The notes under the pieces: generated by a model
What the model was told of the DNA's origin: nothing
Database searches by the model: none
The model's input: only the letters and a program-made list of their open reading frames with translations
Source: a virus
Taxonomy: Duplodnaviria; Caudoviricetes
Virus record (IMG/VR): IMGVR_UViG_3300027704_000067
Span: 1 to 35,491 of that record
Direction: 5' to 3' (one strand)
DNA length: 35,491 nt
Position numbers and translations under genes: made by a program
Part shown: positions 7,260 to 16,455 of the stretch, piece by piece
How positions within the stretch are numbered: the first letter of the stretch is position 1
Layout of the letters: each line of letters begins with the position of its first letter

Positions 7260-9356
7260 ATGGACCTGAAAGCCAAAACACGCGTAGAAATTGAAAACAT
7301 TGTTCAATCTGCCATTGGCGGCGCGGTGGATTTTGTCGAAAGCGAAATCTCTGAGGGTCGTATTAAGGCCCAGCGCTATTACGACGGCCACGTCGATTTG
7401 ACGCATGAGGACGGTCGCAGCAAAGTTGTCTCGACGAAAGTTCGTGACATTGTGCGGGCAACGAAGCCAAGCCTGATGCGCGTATTTCTTAGCTCCGCAC
7501 GACCCGTTGAGTTTGTGCCGAAAGGCCCGGATGACGTTAAGAACGCAGAGCAAGCCACTGAGTTCATGCATCACGAATTTACGCGCCTGAATGGTTTCAA
7601 TGTCCTGAATGACGTTTTCCATGATGCATTGGTCAAGAAGCAGGGCGTCGCAAAGATTTACTGGATGGACTACCCAGAGGCCGAAATCCACAGTTACACC
7701 GACTTGAGCGATGACGAATACACGTTCTTGGTTGCAGAGGATGACGTGACTGTGATCGAACACAGTGTCGAGTCGTCTATGTCGATGGACCAGATGGGCT
7801 TTGAAGTTGAGGAGCCTATCCACAGCGTTAAAATCAGCCGCGAAAAGACCAAGGGTGAGCTGTGCATCGAAAGCGTACCGCCAGAAGAATTTTTCATTGA
7901 TCGCAACGCACGGACGTTGAAAGACGCATACGTTGTTGCGCACCGTACGGAAATGCGTGCGGGTGATTTAATCAACATGGGCGTTGATGCCGAGTTGGTC
8001 GAAAAGTTAGACGGGTTTGCCAGCGGGTCAGAAATGACGCAGGCAGAACATCAAGAGCGTCTTGGGTATGTTACCGACAGCAGTGACGAGGACGCGCAAG
8101 ACGAAAGCATGAAAAACGTCGCGGTCACAGAGGCATACATGAGAATGGACGTTGACGGCACTGGCACGCCAGTCCTGCACAAGTTCCTTTGCGGCGGCAC
8201 GAATTACGACTTGTTGGACTACTCACCTTGTGATGAGCAGCCGTTCGCTCTATTCGAGGTAGACCCGGAACCGCACTCATTTTATGGCAATTCGCTGGCC
8301 GAGCTAATCTTTAATGACCAAGACTCAACCACATCCGTTTTGCGTGGCATTATGGACAACGTGGCGATGACCAACAATCCAAGACTGGCTGTCGTCGAGG
8401 GTCAGGTTGACCTTGATGACCTTTTGAACAACGAGATCGGCGCAATTGTTAGAATGAAGCAGGCAGGCGCGGTCCAAGAATTGACTGTGCCATTTGTTGC
8501 TGGTCAAACACTGACGGCGTTATCTTATCTCGACGGCCAAGTCGAAAGTAAAACGGGCGTCACACGGGCCTCTATGGGGCTTGATCCAGACGCCATGCAG
8601 TCGACAACCAAGGCAGCCGTGACGGCCACCGTACAGGCGCAGGCGGGCCAAGTTGAAGTTATGGTTCGCAATCTAGCCGACGGCGTGCGCGATATGTTCG
8701 GCATCATGCTGCGTTTGATGATAAAGAACTTTGACGAAGATCAGATGGAGCAAATGAACGGCTCCGCAGCGCCAGTCGATCCGCGCGTTTGGAACTCGTC
8801 GATGGACGTTTCTATCAACGTCGGTCTGGGCACTGGTCGAGAAGAAGAAAAGATGATGGGGCTGAACCAAGCGCTGCAAATGCAGACAATGGTTTACCAG
8901 ACATACGGGCCATCAAACGGCCTTGTGACGCTCACAAACATTCGAAATACGCTGGCAGATTTGCTTGCGGCTTCGGGCGTTCGCAATGCGGACCGCTACT
9001 TCTCGCCAATGACGCAAGAAATCGAACAGCAGATGCAGCAACAGGCAATGCAGGCACAGCAGAACCAAGGCCAAGAGGCCAACGACCCCAACGCTGCATT
9101 CCTACAGGCAGAGCAGATAAAAGCGCAGGCCAAAATGCAGAACGACATTGGCCGCTTGCAGCTTGATACACAGAAGGCCGCCGCTGACGACGACTTAAAG
9201 CGCGATGAGATGGCACAGGACTTGCTCGTACAGGCCGCCAAGATTGCAGGGCAGTACGGCACAAACGTCGACACGGCCCGCATCAAGGCTGAACAGGACA
9301 AGGTTCGCATGATCGGCGGCATAGCGCAGGGCGGCGGTCAAAATGGCAACAGATAA
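7260..9356 (+). CDS. Portal protein (P22-like)
   Basis: About 700 aa. RSKVVSTKVRD..PSLMRVF, VPPEEF and TGVT motifs; Q-rich C-terminal barrel. ATG 7260 follows AAGGA (GTG 7236 is an alternative start). Confidence 0.9.
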   Translation: MDLKAKTRVEIENIVQSAIGGAVDFVESEISEGRIKAQRYYDGHVDLTHEDGRSKVVSTKVRDIVRATKPSLMRVFLSSARPVEFVPKGPDDVKNAEQATEFMHHEFTRLNGFNVLNDVFHDALVKKQGVAKIYWMDYPEAEIHSYTDLSDDEYTFLVAEDDVTVIEHSVESSMSMDQMGFEVEEPIHSVKISREKTKGELCIESVPPEEFFIDRNARTLKDAYVVAHRTEMRAGDLINMGVDAELVEKLDGFASGSEMTQAEHQERLGYVTDSSDEDAQDESMKNVAVTEAYMRMDVDGTGTPVLHKFLCGGTNYDLLDYSPCDEQPFALFEVDPEPHSFYGNSLAELIFNDQDSTTSVLRGIMDNVAMTNNPRLAVVEGQVDLDDLLNNEIGAIVRMKQAGAVQELTVPFVAGQTLTALSYLDGQVESKTGVTRASMGLDPDAMQSTTKAAVTATVQAQAGQVEVMVRNLADGVRDMFGIMLRLMIKNFDEDQMEQMNGSAAPVDPRVWNSSMDVSINVGLGTGREEEKMMGLNQALQMQTMVYQTYGPSNGLVTLTNIRNTLADLLAASGVRNADRYFSPMTQEIEQQMQQQAMQAQQNQGQEANDPNAAFLQAEQIKAQAKMQNDIGRLQLDTQKAAADDDLKRDEMAQDLLVQAAKIAGQYGTNVDTARIKAEQDKVRMIGGIAQGGGQNGNR

Positions 9357-9585
9357 ACGCATGAAAGCGCAGGCAGCGCGGACGCTACAGGCGGACGACG
9401 CATTTCAAACTTTCATGGCAGAGGTTCGCGATGAGCAAATGCGCATATTCGCAAACAGTGGCGTCGATGACGTTGACCTGCGCGAAGACGCGCACGCAAT
9501 GATTCGGGCCTTAAACCAGATCGACATGAGACTTGATGCCGCAATTGGCGTCGAAAAAATGTTAGATCGTAAGGAAAAAAGGTAG
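9343..9585 (+). CDS. Small conserved head-module protein
   Basis: 80 aa helical ORF overlapping the portal stop, between portal and scaffold. Confidence 0.7.
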   Translation: MATDKRMKAQAARTLQADDAFQTFMAEVRDEQMRIFANSGVDDVDLREDAHAMIRALNQIDMRLDAAIGVEKMLDRKEKR

Positions 9586-9589
9586 CACC

Positions 9590-10573
9590 GTGGAAGCGAC
9601 TACAATGGACGACGCAGTTTCAATGATAACTGAAAGCGGTGGGGCAGATGATGCCTCGACCGAGGATAATCTACGCGACGCCGTGACCGAAATCACAGAG
9701 CCAACTGACGACGGTCAGAGCGATGAGGTTGAAGGAACGGAAGAAGGCGAAGATGACGTTGAGGCATCCGACGACGACCTAGATGATGTCGAAATTGACG
9801 ACGAAGGCAATGAGGAAAATGAGGCTGTAGACACCACTCTTTACCCCGTCAAAGTTGACGGAAAAGATGAAGATTGGACACTGGACCAGCTAAAAAGATC
9901 AGCGTCAGGCGATTCGGCAATTAACAAGCGTTTTCAGGAAAATGCTGAGGTCCGCAAGGGCTTAGAGCAACGTGAAAGCGTTTTAGCGCAGAACGAGCAG
10001 CATGTTTTACATCTGTTCAATCAAGCGCAGCAAGGTGGCTTACAGGCCCCAACGGCACCGACAAAGGAACTTTTCGACCAAGACCCGATTGGGTACATGG
10101 AAGCAAAGATGACCTACGACGAGGCAGTGGGCGCTTACGACAAGCAGCAACACGGCGTGCATGAAATGCAACAAAACCAGACACAGCAGCAGGAGCGGGC
10201 GCGTGGAGCGTATCTGCAAGAGCAAGCTGAAATCCTAAAGCAGCGTATGCCTGAGATTGCCGACCCAGTTAAAGGTGCGGCGTTGAAGCAAGGCATTATG
10301 GCGACGGGGATTGAGTATGGTTTTAGCGCGGATGAAATGGCGGCGGTTAGCGATAGCAGATATGTCTTGGCGTTAAATGACGCGCGGAAATATCGCGACC
10401 TTGTGGCCAAGCGCAAAATCGCAACGCAAAAGGGCGAAAAGGCACGCCCAGTTGTGAAAGCTGGAACGAAAAAGCGCCCCGACGGGAACGCTAAAATCCA
10501 GCAAAAAGCGCAAGACAAGCTGAAAGGCTCCGGTTCAATCAATGACGCATTGAGCCTCATTTTAAACTCATAA
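9590..10573 (+). CDS. Capsid scaffolding protein
   Basis: Acidic N-terminus, VKVDG..TLDQL motif, coiled coil, basic C-terminus; directly upstream of the capsid gene. Confidence 0.85.
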   Translation: MEATTMDDAVSMITESGGADDASTEDNLRDAVTEITEPTDDGQSDEVEGTEEGEDDVEASDDDLDDVEIDDEGNEENEAVDTTLYPVKVDGKDEDWTLDQLKRSASGDSAINKRFQENAEVRKGLEQRESVLAQNEQHVLHLFNQAQQGGLQAPTAPTKELFDQDPIGYMEAKMTYDEAVGAYDKQQHGVHEMQQNQTQQQERARGAYLQEQAEILKQRMPEIADPVKGAALKQGIMATGIEYGFSADEMAAVSDSRYVLALNDARKYRDLVAKRKIATQKGEKARPVVKAGTKKRPDGNAKIQQKAQDKLKGSGSINDALSLILNS

Positions 10574-10591
10574 ACCTGAAAGGTTTACATC

Positions 10592-11548
10592 ATGGCACAG
10601 CCAGCAAATACCTTCGACTCGTTCGAAACGGTCGGCATTAAAGAAGACTTGAGCAATGTTATCTATAACATTAGCCCAGAGGAAACTCCGTTCTATTCCA
10701 AGTCTGCAAAGACGAAAGCAACGTCCACTTTGCACGAATGGCAAACAGATACTTTGCGTGCCAGCGCCGCGAATGCTCACATCGAAGGTGATGACACAGC
10801 AGGTTCTGCTCGTGTTGCTACTGTTCGCTTGGGCAACCGCACGCAGATTTTCAAAGACGCTGTTATTGTTCCTGATACAGATGAAGGCGTGGACAAGGCT
10901 GGCCGTGCAAAAGAGATCGCGTACCAGACTTTGAAGATCGCTCAAGAACAAAAGCTCGATGTGGAGCGTGCTTTGTTTGACAACAACGCCCGCGTGGTCG
11001 GTAGCGCATCCGTAGCCCGTGAACTTGCTGGTATGCCGACTTGGTTGATTACCAACACAGTATTTGGCGCGAACGAAGGCGCAGATGCTACAGGGGACGG
11101 CACGGACGCACGTACTGACGAAACCACAGCGTTGACTGCGTTTTCTCAAGCGAAGTTTGACACCGTGATGCAGTCTGTTTGGGAAGAAGGCGGAAAGCCT
11201 GACACATGCTATTTGTCGGCATTCCAGATGAACTTGGCTCTTGGTTTTACTGGCAATAACAACCAGCGTTCGGCAGTCCAAGCTGGCGATGGTAAGGTTA
11301 TTAAGTCTCTTGCCGTGTATGTGACCCCGTGGGGCACGGTCGAGTTTGTGCCCGTCCGTGAGAATCGTGCGCGTGACGTGTTTATTGTTCAGGATAATAT
11401 GTGGGAAGTTGCCGTGCTACGTGCGACCAAAAACACCCCGCTTGCCAAAACTGGCGACAACACGAAGCGTCAGGTTATTACTGAGTTGACACTTTGCTGT
11501 AAGAACGAAAAAGCCAACGGCGGCATTTTCGACAACACAGTATCTTAA
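10592..11548 (+). CDS. Major capsid protein (DUF5309/SU10-like)
   Basis: GIKEDLSNVIYNISPEETPF, HEWQTD, EGDD, NRTQIF and LAKTGD motifs; follows the scaffold gene. Confidence 0.9.
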   Translation: MAQPANTFDSFETVGIKEDLSNVIYNISPEETPFYSKSAKTKATSTLHEWQTDTLRASAANAHIEGDDTAGSARVATVRLGNRTQIFKDAVIVPDTDEGVDKAGRAKEIAYQTLKIAQEQKLDVERALFDNNARVVGSASVARELAGMPTWLITNTVFGANEGADATGDGTDARTDETTALTAFSQAKFDTVMQSVWEEGGKPDTCYLSAFQMNLALGFTGNNNQRSAVQAGDGKVIKSLAVYVTPWGTVEFVPVRENRARDVFIVQDNMWEVAVLRATKNTPLAKTGDNTKRQVITELTLCCKNEKANGGIFDNTVS

Positions 11549-11555
11549 GCTAAAA

Positions 11556-11577
11556 GGGGTGGCTTAACGGCCACCCC
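11556..11577. terminator. GC-rich hairpin after the capsid gene
   Basis: GGGGTGGC-ttaacg-GCCACCCC. A-run lies upstream, so the U-tract is on the - strand only; may attenuate on +. Confidence 0.65.
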
Positions 11578-11597
11578 ACCAAACTACGGGAATTGAT

Positions 11598-11816
11598 ATG
11601 AAACAGATTGTTGTACTATGCCACAAGGTCAGCACGAAGCAGGGCAAGCTAATTAAAGGCACCATTGCTGAAATGACCGAAGACGAGGCGATGCGGATTT
11701 TATCTGTACGGCCCGACGCAATTGAAATTTTAGGCGATGTCGAAGTCGTCAAGCCGAAAGAGGTTAAGCGCCATGTCCCTACCCGCAAATTCAACAAAGC
11801 TATTTCAAAAGATTAG
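11598..11816 (+). CDS. Hypothetical protein
   Basis: 72 aa ORF after the capsid hairpin with GGGA upstream. Confidence 0.65.
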   Translation: MKQIVVLCHKVSTKQGKLIKGTIAEMTEDEAMRILSVRPDAIEILGDVEVVKPKEVKRHVPTRKFNKAISKD

Positions 11817-12081
11817 TTTTGAAGGCGACAATATGGTTATCAAAAACACCTTTGATGCCTCACATGTGCTGCGAGACGTAAGACAGGCGCGTGAGACGAC
11901 AGAAAATGCTTTTGGTTCAGACTACAAACACATTGGCAATATTGATCCGGGTATGCTGGCGATGTGGCTGAAAGAGGCTGGCGTCGCTTGGTCCGACACG
12001 GCCGGAATGAAAGACGTTATAAAACGCAAAATGATGTCACCAGATTTTAGCGCGTTGCGCGTCTGGGAGGGTTCATATTGA
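11773..12081 (+). CDS. Conserved hypothetical phage protein
   Basis: ATG 11773 after AGAGG; KHIGNID..WLKEAG..LRVWEG motif. Confidence 0.7.
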   Translation: MSLPANSTKLFQKISFEGDNMVIKNTFDASHVLRDVRQARETTENAFGSDYKHIGNIDPGMLAMWLKEAGVAWSDTAGMKDVIKRKMMSPDFSALRVWEGSY

Positions 12082-12278
12082 TGTCCGACGCTGAGCACAC
12101 GCACGAAAACCGCATCCAGCGCCTTGAGACGTTTCGCGAGGTCATCACGATCAAGTTGGATAATACCGACGAGAAACTGGACGATATTCGCAGCTCAATA
12201 AAGTGGCTAACGAGGCTGATTATTGGCGCGTTGTTGCTCGCAGTGCTGGGGGCGTTTTTCGGGGGCTACGGTTTGTGA
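12081..12278 (+). CDS. Small membrane protein (XhlA/holin-like)
   Basis: N-terminal coiled coil and C-terminal TM helix (LIIGALLLAVLGAFF); start overlaps the upstream stop. Confidence 0.6.
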   Translation: MSDAEHTHENRIQRLETFREVITIKLDNTDEKLDDIRSSIKWLTRLIIGALLLAVLGAFFGGYGL

Positions 12279-12739
12279 TTGAAGTTCTCGCCCTTGCTGG
12301 CGCTGTAAAAGCCATTTCAGGCGCAATCTCTGCGGCGGTAAAGGCTGGAAAAGATGCAACGTCTCTGATGCCTGAGTTTAGCAAGCTGGCAGAACTTGAC
12401 GCCGAAATTCGAGCCGCAGAGTCAGGTGCGGGCAAGGGATTTCTGGGCAAACTTTCATCCAGCGAGGCCGAGGGGTTTGCCATTGCAGAGGCAAAGATGG
12501 CGCACAAACAGGCTGTTGACGACCTGCGCAGTGTGTGTCGCCTTTACGGTCCGCCAGATATGTGGGACACTGTGCTCCGAGAGCAGGCGGCGGCACGGGT
12601 CAGGCGCGAAGCAGCGACTAAGGATCACGCGGCCAAACGTGAAAAGATTGTGTGGATAATTAGTGTCGTTTTCGGCGGCGTTTTATTTTTCATTCTGTCT
12701 GGTTTGATTATATTTAGCGCAGCGGCGTTAGACAAGTAG
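12275..12739 (+). CDS. Hypothetical membrane-anchored protein
   Basis: GTGA overlap start; hydrophobic N-terminus, coiled coil, C-terminal TM helix. Confidence 0.65.
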   Translation: MIEVLALAGAVKAISGAISAAVKAGKDATSLMPEFSKLAELDAEIRAAESGAGKGFLGKLSSSEAEGFAIAEAKMAHKQAVDDLRSVCRLYGPPDMWDTVLREQAAARVRREAATKDHAAKREKIVWIISVVFGGVLFFILSGLIIFSAAALDK

Positions 12740-12751
12740 AAAGAAGCAAAC

Positions 12752-13297
12752 ATGAGCGTACCACAACAAGCAATCGACATGGTTAAAAAATGGGAGGGAT
12801 TGCGGCATGATACTTACTTGTGCAGCGGCAACGTCCTGACCATCGGATATGGCACGACAGCGCGCGCGGGCGTCGGCATTGTCCCGGTTATGGGGATGAC
12901 AATCACAACGTCCGAAGCTGAATATTACCTAGAAAAGGCTTTGGATAAATTTACGGCAAAGATTGACCCGCTTTTCACGGCAGAAATCAACGACAATGAG
13001 CGATCCGCATTTATATCACTGGCCTACAATATTGGTCCGGGTGGCTTCAAGCGTTCGTCGGCATTGCGTCACTTTAACGCTGGCAATAAAGACAAGGCGG
13101 CCAAGTCTATCCTGATGTGGAACAAGGCAGGTGGCAAGAAGGTCCAAGGTCTAGTAAATCGTCGCGCTGACGAGAGTTTACTGTTTTTGCTACCTGTCAC
13201 GCAGGAACCAGCCGAGACGCCACCAGAGCCAGCCACAGGCGCTTTTACGGGCATTCTGGCTGCAATCATCGCAATCTTGAAAGGATTTAGAAAATGA
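12752..13297 (+). CDS. Endolysin, GH24 lysozyme
   Basis: WEG..Y.CSGNVLTIGYG, AFISLAYNIG..F..S and WNKAGG..GLVNRR..E motifs. Confidence 0.92.
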   Translation: MSVPQQAIDMVKKWEGLRHDTYLCSGNVLTIGYGTTARAGVGIVPVMGMTITTSEAEYYLEKALDKFTAKIDPLFTAEINDNERSAFISLAYNIGPGGFKRSSALRHFNAGNKDKAAKSILMWNKAGGKKVQGLVNRRADESLLFLLPVTQEPAETPPEPATGAFTGILAAIIAILKGFRK

Positions 13298-13479
13298 ACA
13301 AGGCAAGTTCGTCGAAAATCAACTTTGTTTCGCTCATAACGCAGATTGTAACTGTTGTTTTGCTGATGGGCTTCATTCCAGAGAAATACAACGAGCATGT
13401 GCTTGTTATCGTCGGCCTAGTATTGCCCGCGATCGTGCAGGCGTGCCGCACTTGGTTTACAGGTGACAAAAATGCTTGA
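13294..13479 (+). CDS. Holin candidate
   Basis: 61 aa with two hydrophobic helices; ATGA overlap with the endolysin. Confidence 0.55.
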   Translation: MNKASSSKINFVSLITQIVTVVLLMGFIPEKYNEHVLVIVGLVLPAIVQACRTWFTGDKNA

Positions 13480-13699
13480 CCTGATAACTGGACTGCCAGC
13501 CATTTTGGGTGCCATTGCTGCGGGAGTTATTGCCTTGTGGGGGTTTGGCCGATCAAAGAAAAAGCAGGGCCGCGCAGAACTGCAAGACGAAATGCAGGAC
13601 GCTTATAATTCAACAAGTAAGGATTTACAAAGTGCTGAAACTATTCGCCCTACTGACCCCGATGCTGTTCTTGATAAATTGCACGAGTACAGCAAGTGA
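13472..13699 (+). CDS. Inner-membrane spanin candidate (Rz-like)
   Basis: N-terminal TM helix then a helical domain; lies in the lysis cassette. Confidence 0.55.
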   Translation: MLDLITGLPAILGAIAAGVIALWGFGRSKKKQGRAELQDEMQDAYNSTSKDLQSAETIRPTDPDAVLDKLHEYSK

Positions 13700-13850
13700 A
13701 GGCATGGCGTCGGCAATACTTGACGCCGCAGTTCCCGAAAGCATTATTCACGCAAGGTCACTAAAAGAAAATAACTTGGATGAAATCCGCAGGACTGGGC
13801 TTGATCTAATCTCAACGGTCAATTGCTGGCCAGATGGGTGCCGCAAGTGA
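13632..13850 (+). CDS. Outer-membrane lipoprotein spanin candidate (Rz1-like)
   Basis: GTG 13632 after AAGGA; MLKLFALLTPMLFLIN-C lipoprotein-like signal; overlaps the 3' end of the i-spanin candidate. Confidence 0.55.
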   Translation: MLKLFALLTPMLFLINCTSTASEGMASAILDAAVPESIIHARSLKENNLDEIRRTGLDLISTVNCWPDGCRK

Positions 13851-15043
13851 CGCCAGCACAGCGGGAAGCTTACGACGCGGTTGTCCAACACGGCGGCATC
13901 AGGGCTGCGGCGCGAGAGTTGGGCGAGGCGCACAGTGGCGTCGCTCGAAAATACTACGCAGCCAAAAAATACCTTAAAACGGACGACGCGATAACGGGCG
14001 CAATGGCCAGCGTCGGGATGTCGGACGTGACGCCCCTACACAGCGGTTGGATCAAATCAGACGGCGCTTCGATGTATTTTCAAATGCCAAAGGGCCGCGG
14101 CGACAGAGACACCGTTCTTGAGGCGATACGTGGCGCGATTGACGACCTGAAAGACGAAACATTCCCCGAATATGAATTGCGCGCCGCGCCCGATGGCGAG
14201 TGTTTGCTTGTGATTGACCTTGCAGACGTACACGTTGGCAAGCTGTGCGCTGAAACGGAAACGGGATACACTTACAGCCGCGACGTCGCCGTTAATCGCA
14301 TGGTGGAAGGTACGCGTGAGTTAATCCGCAAATCGTCGGGCATGGGCATTGGCAGAATACTGTTTGTATTGGGCAATGACATCCTGCACGTTGACAATTC
14401 AAAATCAACAACGACAAGCGGCACACCACAAGACACGCACGGCACCATTCACCAGCTTTACCGGGATGCGTTCGCAGGCTACGTCAAGTGCATTGAGATG
14501 GCACGGCTGACCGCCCCCGTGGACCTTATATTCTGCCCGTCAAACCATGATTGGGTTATGGGCTGGTGTTTGGCTCGCGAAGTCGGCGCATGGTTCCGCA
14601 ACGCGCCTGACGTTACATCTACAGAATACAATATGTCAGAAATTCACCGCAAATATTATAGGTTCGGCAATAACTTGATTGGCCTGACGCACGGTGACGG
14701 TGCAAAAGAAACCGACCTCTACCCGCTGATGATGACTGAGGCGCGGGGGCATGTTTCAGAATGCCCGCATAAATACATCTACGTGCATCATTTTCACCAT
14801 AAAGTTCGCAAGCAAGCTGGCGTGGTTCCGCACAAGCGGGAAAAAGATCACATTGGCATGACGATGCTGCACAATTCGGTCAAGTCAATGGAGGGCGACA
14901 ACGTGCAAATTGAGTACGTCCGCAGCCCCTCACCCCCCGATGGTTGGCACCACCGCAACGGATACATTAACCGTCAGGCCGTCGAATGTTTTGTGCATCA
15001 TCCACACGACGGCCAAGACGGAAGGTTCACCGTTTGGTTTTAG
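13847..15043 (+). CDS. Calcineurin-like metallophosphoesterase with N-terminal HTH
   Basis: GGIRAAARELG HTH; DVHVG, GNDILHVD, SNHD, THGD and HHFHH metal-binding motifs. Confidence 0.8.
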   Translation: MTPAQREAYDAVVQHGGIRAAARELGEAHSGVARKYYAAKKYLKTDDAITGAMASVGMSDVTPLHSGWIKSDGASMYFQMPKGRGDRDTVLEAIRGAIDDLKDETFPEYELRAAPDGECLLVIDLADVHVGKLCAETETGYTYSRDVAVNRMVEGTRELIRKSSGMGIGRILFVLGNDILHVDNSKSTTTSGTPQDTHGTIHQLYRDAFAGYVKCIEMARLTAPVDLIFCPSNHDWVMGWCLAREVGAWFRNAPDVTSTEYNMSEIHRKYYRFGNNLIGLTHGDGAKETDLYPLMMTEARGHVSECPHKYIYVHHFHHKVRKQAGVVPHKREKDHIGMTMLHNSVKSMEGDNVQIEYVRSPSPPDGWHHRNGYINRQAVECFVHHPHDGQDGRFTVWF

Positions 15044-15044
15044 T

Positions 15045-15866
15045 CTATCCAGTGCATTCTCCATGATCAGTTTGGCAAAGTGCGTCCTCTGCGTCAAATA
15101 TCCAGTCGCCTTGCCTGTCCACCATGTCGCCTAATTCTTTGCGCGTAAAGGCATCGCGAAACCTCGCGCCGCCTGCCGATTTTGTAAGGGCCGTTGCCGC
15201 CGCTTCTTGGGCTGCCCACCATTGGTGGCGCTTGGGATGGTCGCGGGCCAGCGCAGCAAGTGTTGCCTCACTTTTCATAAAACAGCCATCACAATTTCCA
15301 AGCCCTTTTTTAACACGGAGGTCAAACGGCATAGATTTCCAAAAGTTGCCAACCATCGAAACCGTAACGTCCTCCAAAGGGAACCACCTTGTTACGCGCT
15401 TGTCAGTTGATGGCTTGAGTCGATGCGGTTCGTCCGCACGAATCCCTACAGCATTTGACCAATCTTTCCAGCCTAGCGACATGAGGTAGCGACGTGCGGG
15501 CAACATTTTCAAATGCTCAGTGCAAAACCGTTTTGATTGGTCGGGACATGCCTTTTTTCGCTGAATTAGGCGAGCAAACGGTTCTCCTTCACGGCTGGCT
15601 GAATTGTGTGAAACCACGTCAAACAATACTTCACCGCCGCGCTCTGCGTCTTCGACCCAGACAATAGGCACGTTCCATCTATCGCCGCATTGCTGAACAA
15701 AATCTAATGTCTCAGGCATTTCTCGGCCCGTGTTGCTAAACACGACCTTTGCGCGATCAGGTAGACCGTTGTTCACAGCAAGTATTTGATGCAGCATGTA
15801 GGCGCTTGTGCGCCCACCGCTAAAGCTAATTTGCACTTTGCCTGCTGGCAGTGTGTATCCTCTCAT
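15045..15866 (-). CDS. PAPS-reductase-family (PP-loop) protein with Cys cluster
   Basis: SFSGGRTS PP-loop, FSNTGRE, RFCT..LK, GIRADE, GNCDGCF. Confidence 0.85.
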   Translation of the reverse strand: MRGYTLPAGKVQISFSGGRTSAYMLHQILAVNNGLPDRAKVVFSNTGREMPETLDFVQQCGDRWNVPIVWVEDAERGGEVLFDVVSHNSASREGEPFARLIQRKKACPDQSKRFCTEHLKMLPARRYLMSLGWKDWSNAVGIRADEPHRLKPSTDKRVTRWFPLEDVTVSMVGNFWKSMPFDLRVKKGLGNCDGCFMKSEATLAALARDHPKRHQWWAAQEAAATALTKSAGGARFRDAFTRKELGDMVDRQGDWIFDAEDALCQTDHGECTG

Positions 15867-15876
15867 ATTATCGTCC

Positions 15877-16200
15877 TTAACTCAATTCAGACGCCAACGC
15901 GACATATCCAGCAATATCAACAAAGCTGTCGTCGTGCGGGCGTTGGGTTGTCGCCATGCGGGCAATTTTGAGGTCAGCCATCATTATAGCCACCTGCCAA
16001 GGTTGGATGGTGATGCCAACTGTCTGCGTCCATCGCTGCGCAATATTGGTAAAGTTATCAAACGGCGCACCATAGGCATCCTGCCTGTCACCCGTAATTA
16101 GGTTCCCCGCTTCCTCCAACACTGCCATTCGGTGCCGTGGTTTTGGTGCGGTCATTGGTGGTTCTAATTTGTCTAAGTTCCATTTTGTCATATTATTCAC
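15877..16200 (-). CDS. DUF6378-like all-alpha putative nucleotide pyrophosphatase
   Basis: DRQDAYG.P.DNF..IA..W..QVA.MM..LKIAR..HDDSFVDIAGY. Confidence 0.75.
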   Translation of the reverse strand: MNNMTKWNLDKLEPPMTAPKPRHRMAVLEEAGNLITGDRQDAYGAPFDNFTNIAQRWTQTVGITIQPWQVAIMMADLKIARMATTQRPHDDSFVDIAGYVALASELS

Positions 16201-16440
16201 CTATATGTTTCTGAGCGCTTGCCGCGCCAGAGTTTCGATTGCGTCTTTTGACAAGTCGTCGGCACGGCTGGCGAGAAAAGAAAGCGCAGACGACATCGCG
16301 TCACGTTCCTTTACCAAGGTTCGCACTGTGTCGAGAATAACGGAAAGTTTCTTTTCGCTTATGACGCTGGCCGTGTCGACATAGGATATAATGGGACCGC
16401 ACACGTCGCGTTCGACGGTTTTTCGGCTTGTGTCTGTCAT
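16201..16440 (-). CDS. Hypothetical protein
   Basis: 79 aa ORF tightly packed in the leftward operon. Confidence 0.6.
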   Translation of the reverse strand: MTDTSRKTVERDVCGPIISYVDTASVISEKKLSVILDTVRTLVKERDAMSSALSFLASRADDLSKDAIETLARQALRNI

Positions 16441-16455
16441 TGTTTCACTTTCTAT

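Noticed and set aside
7209-7943. 244-aa minus-strand ORF
   Set aside because: Antisense shadow of the portal gene with no recognisable motifs.
10568-11281. 237-aa minus-strand ORF
   Set aside because: Antisense shadow of the major capsid gene.
15045-15866. Calling this cysH, an auxiliary sulfur-metabolism gene
   Set aside because: It lacks the C-terminal ECGLH-type motif of true PAPS reductases, and no sulfur pathway genes are nearby.
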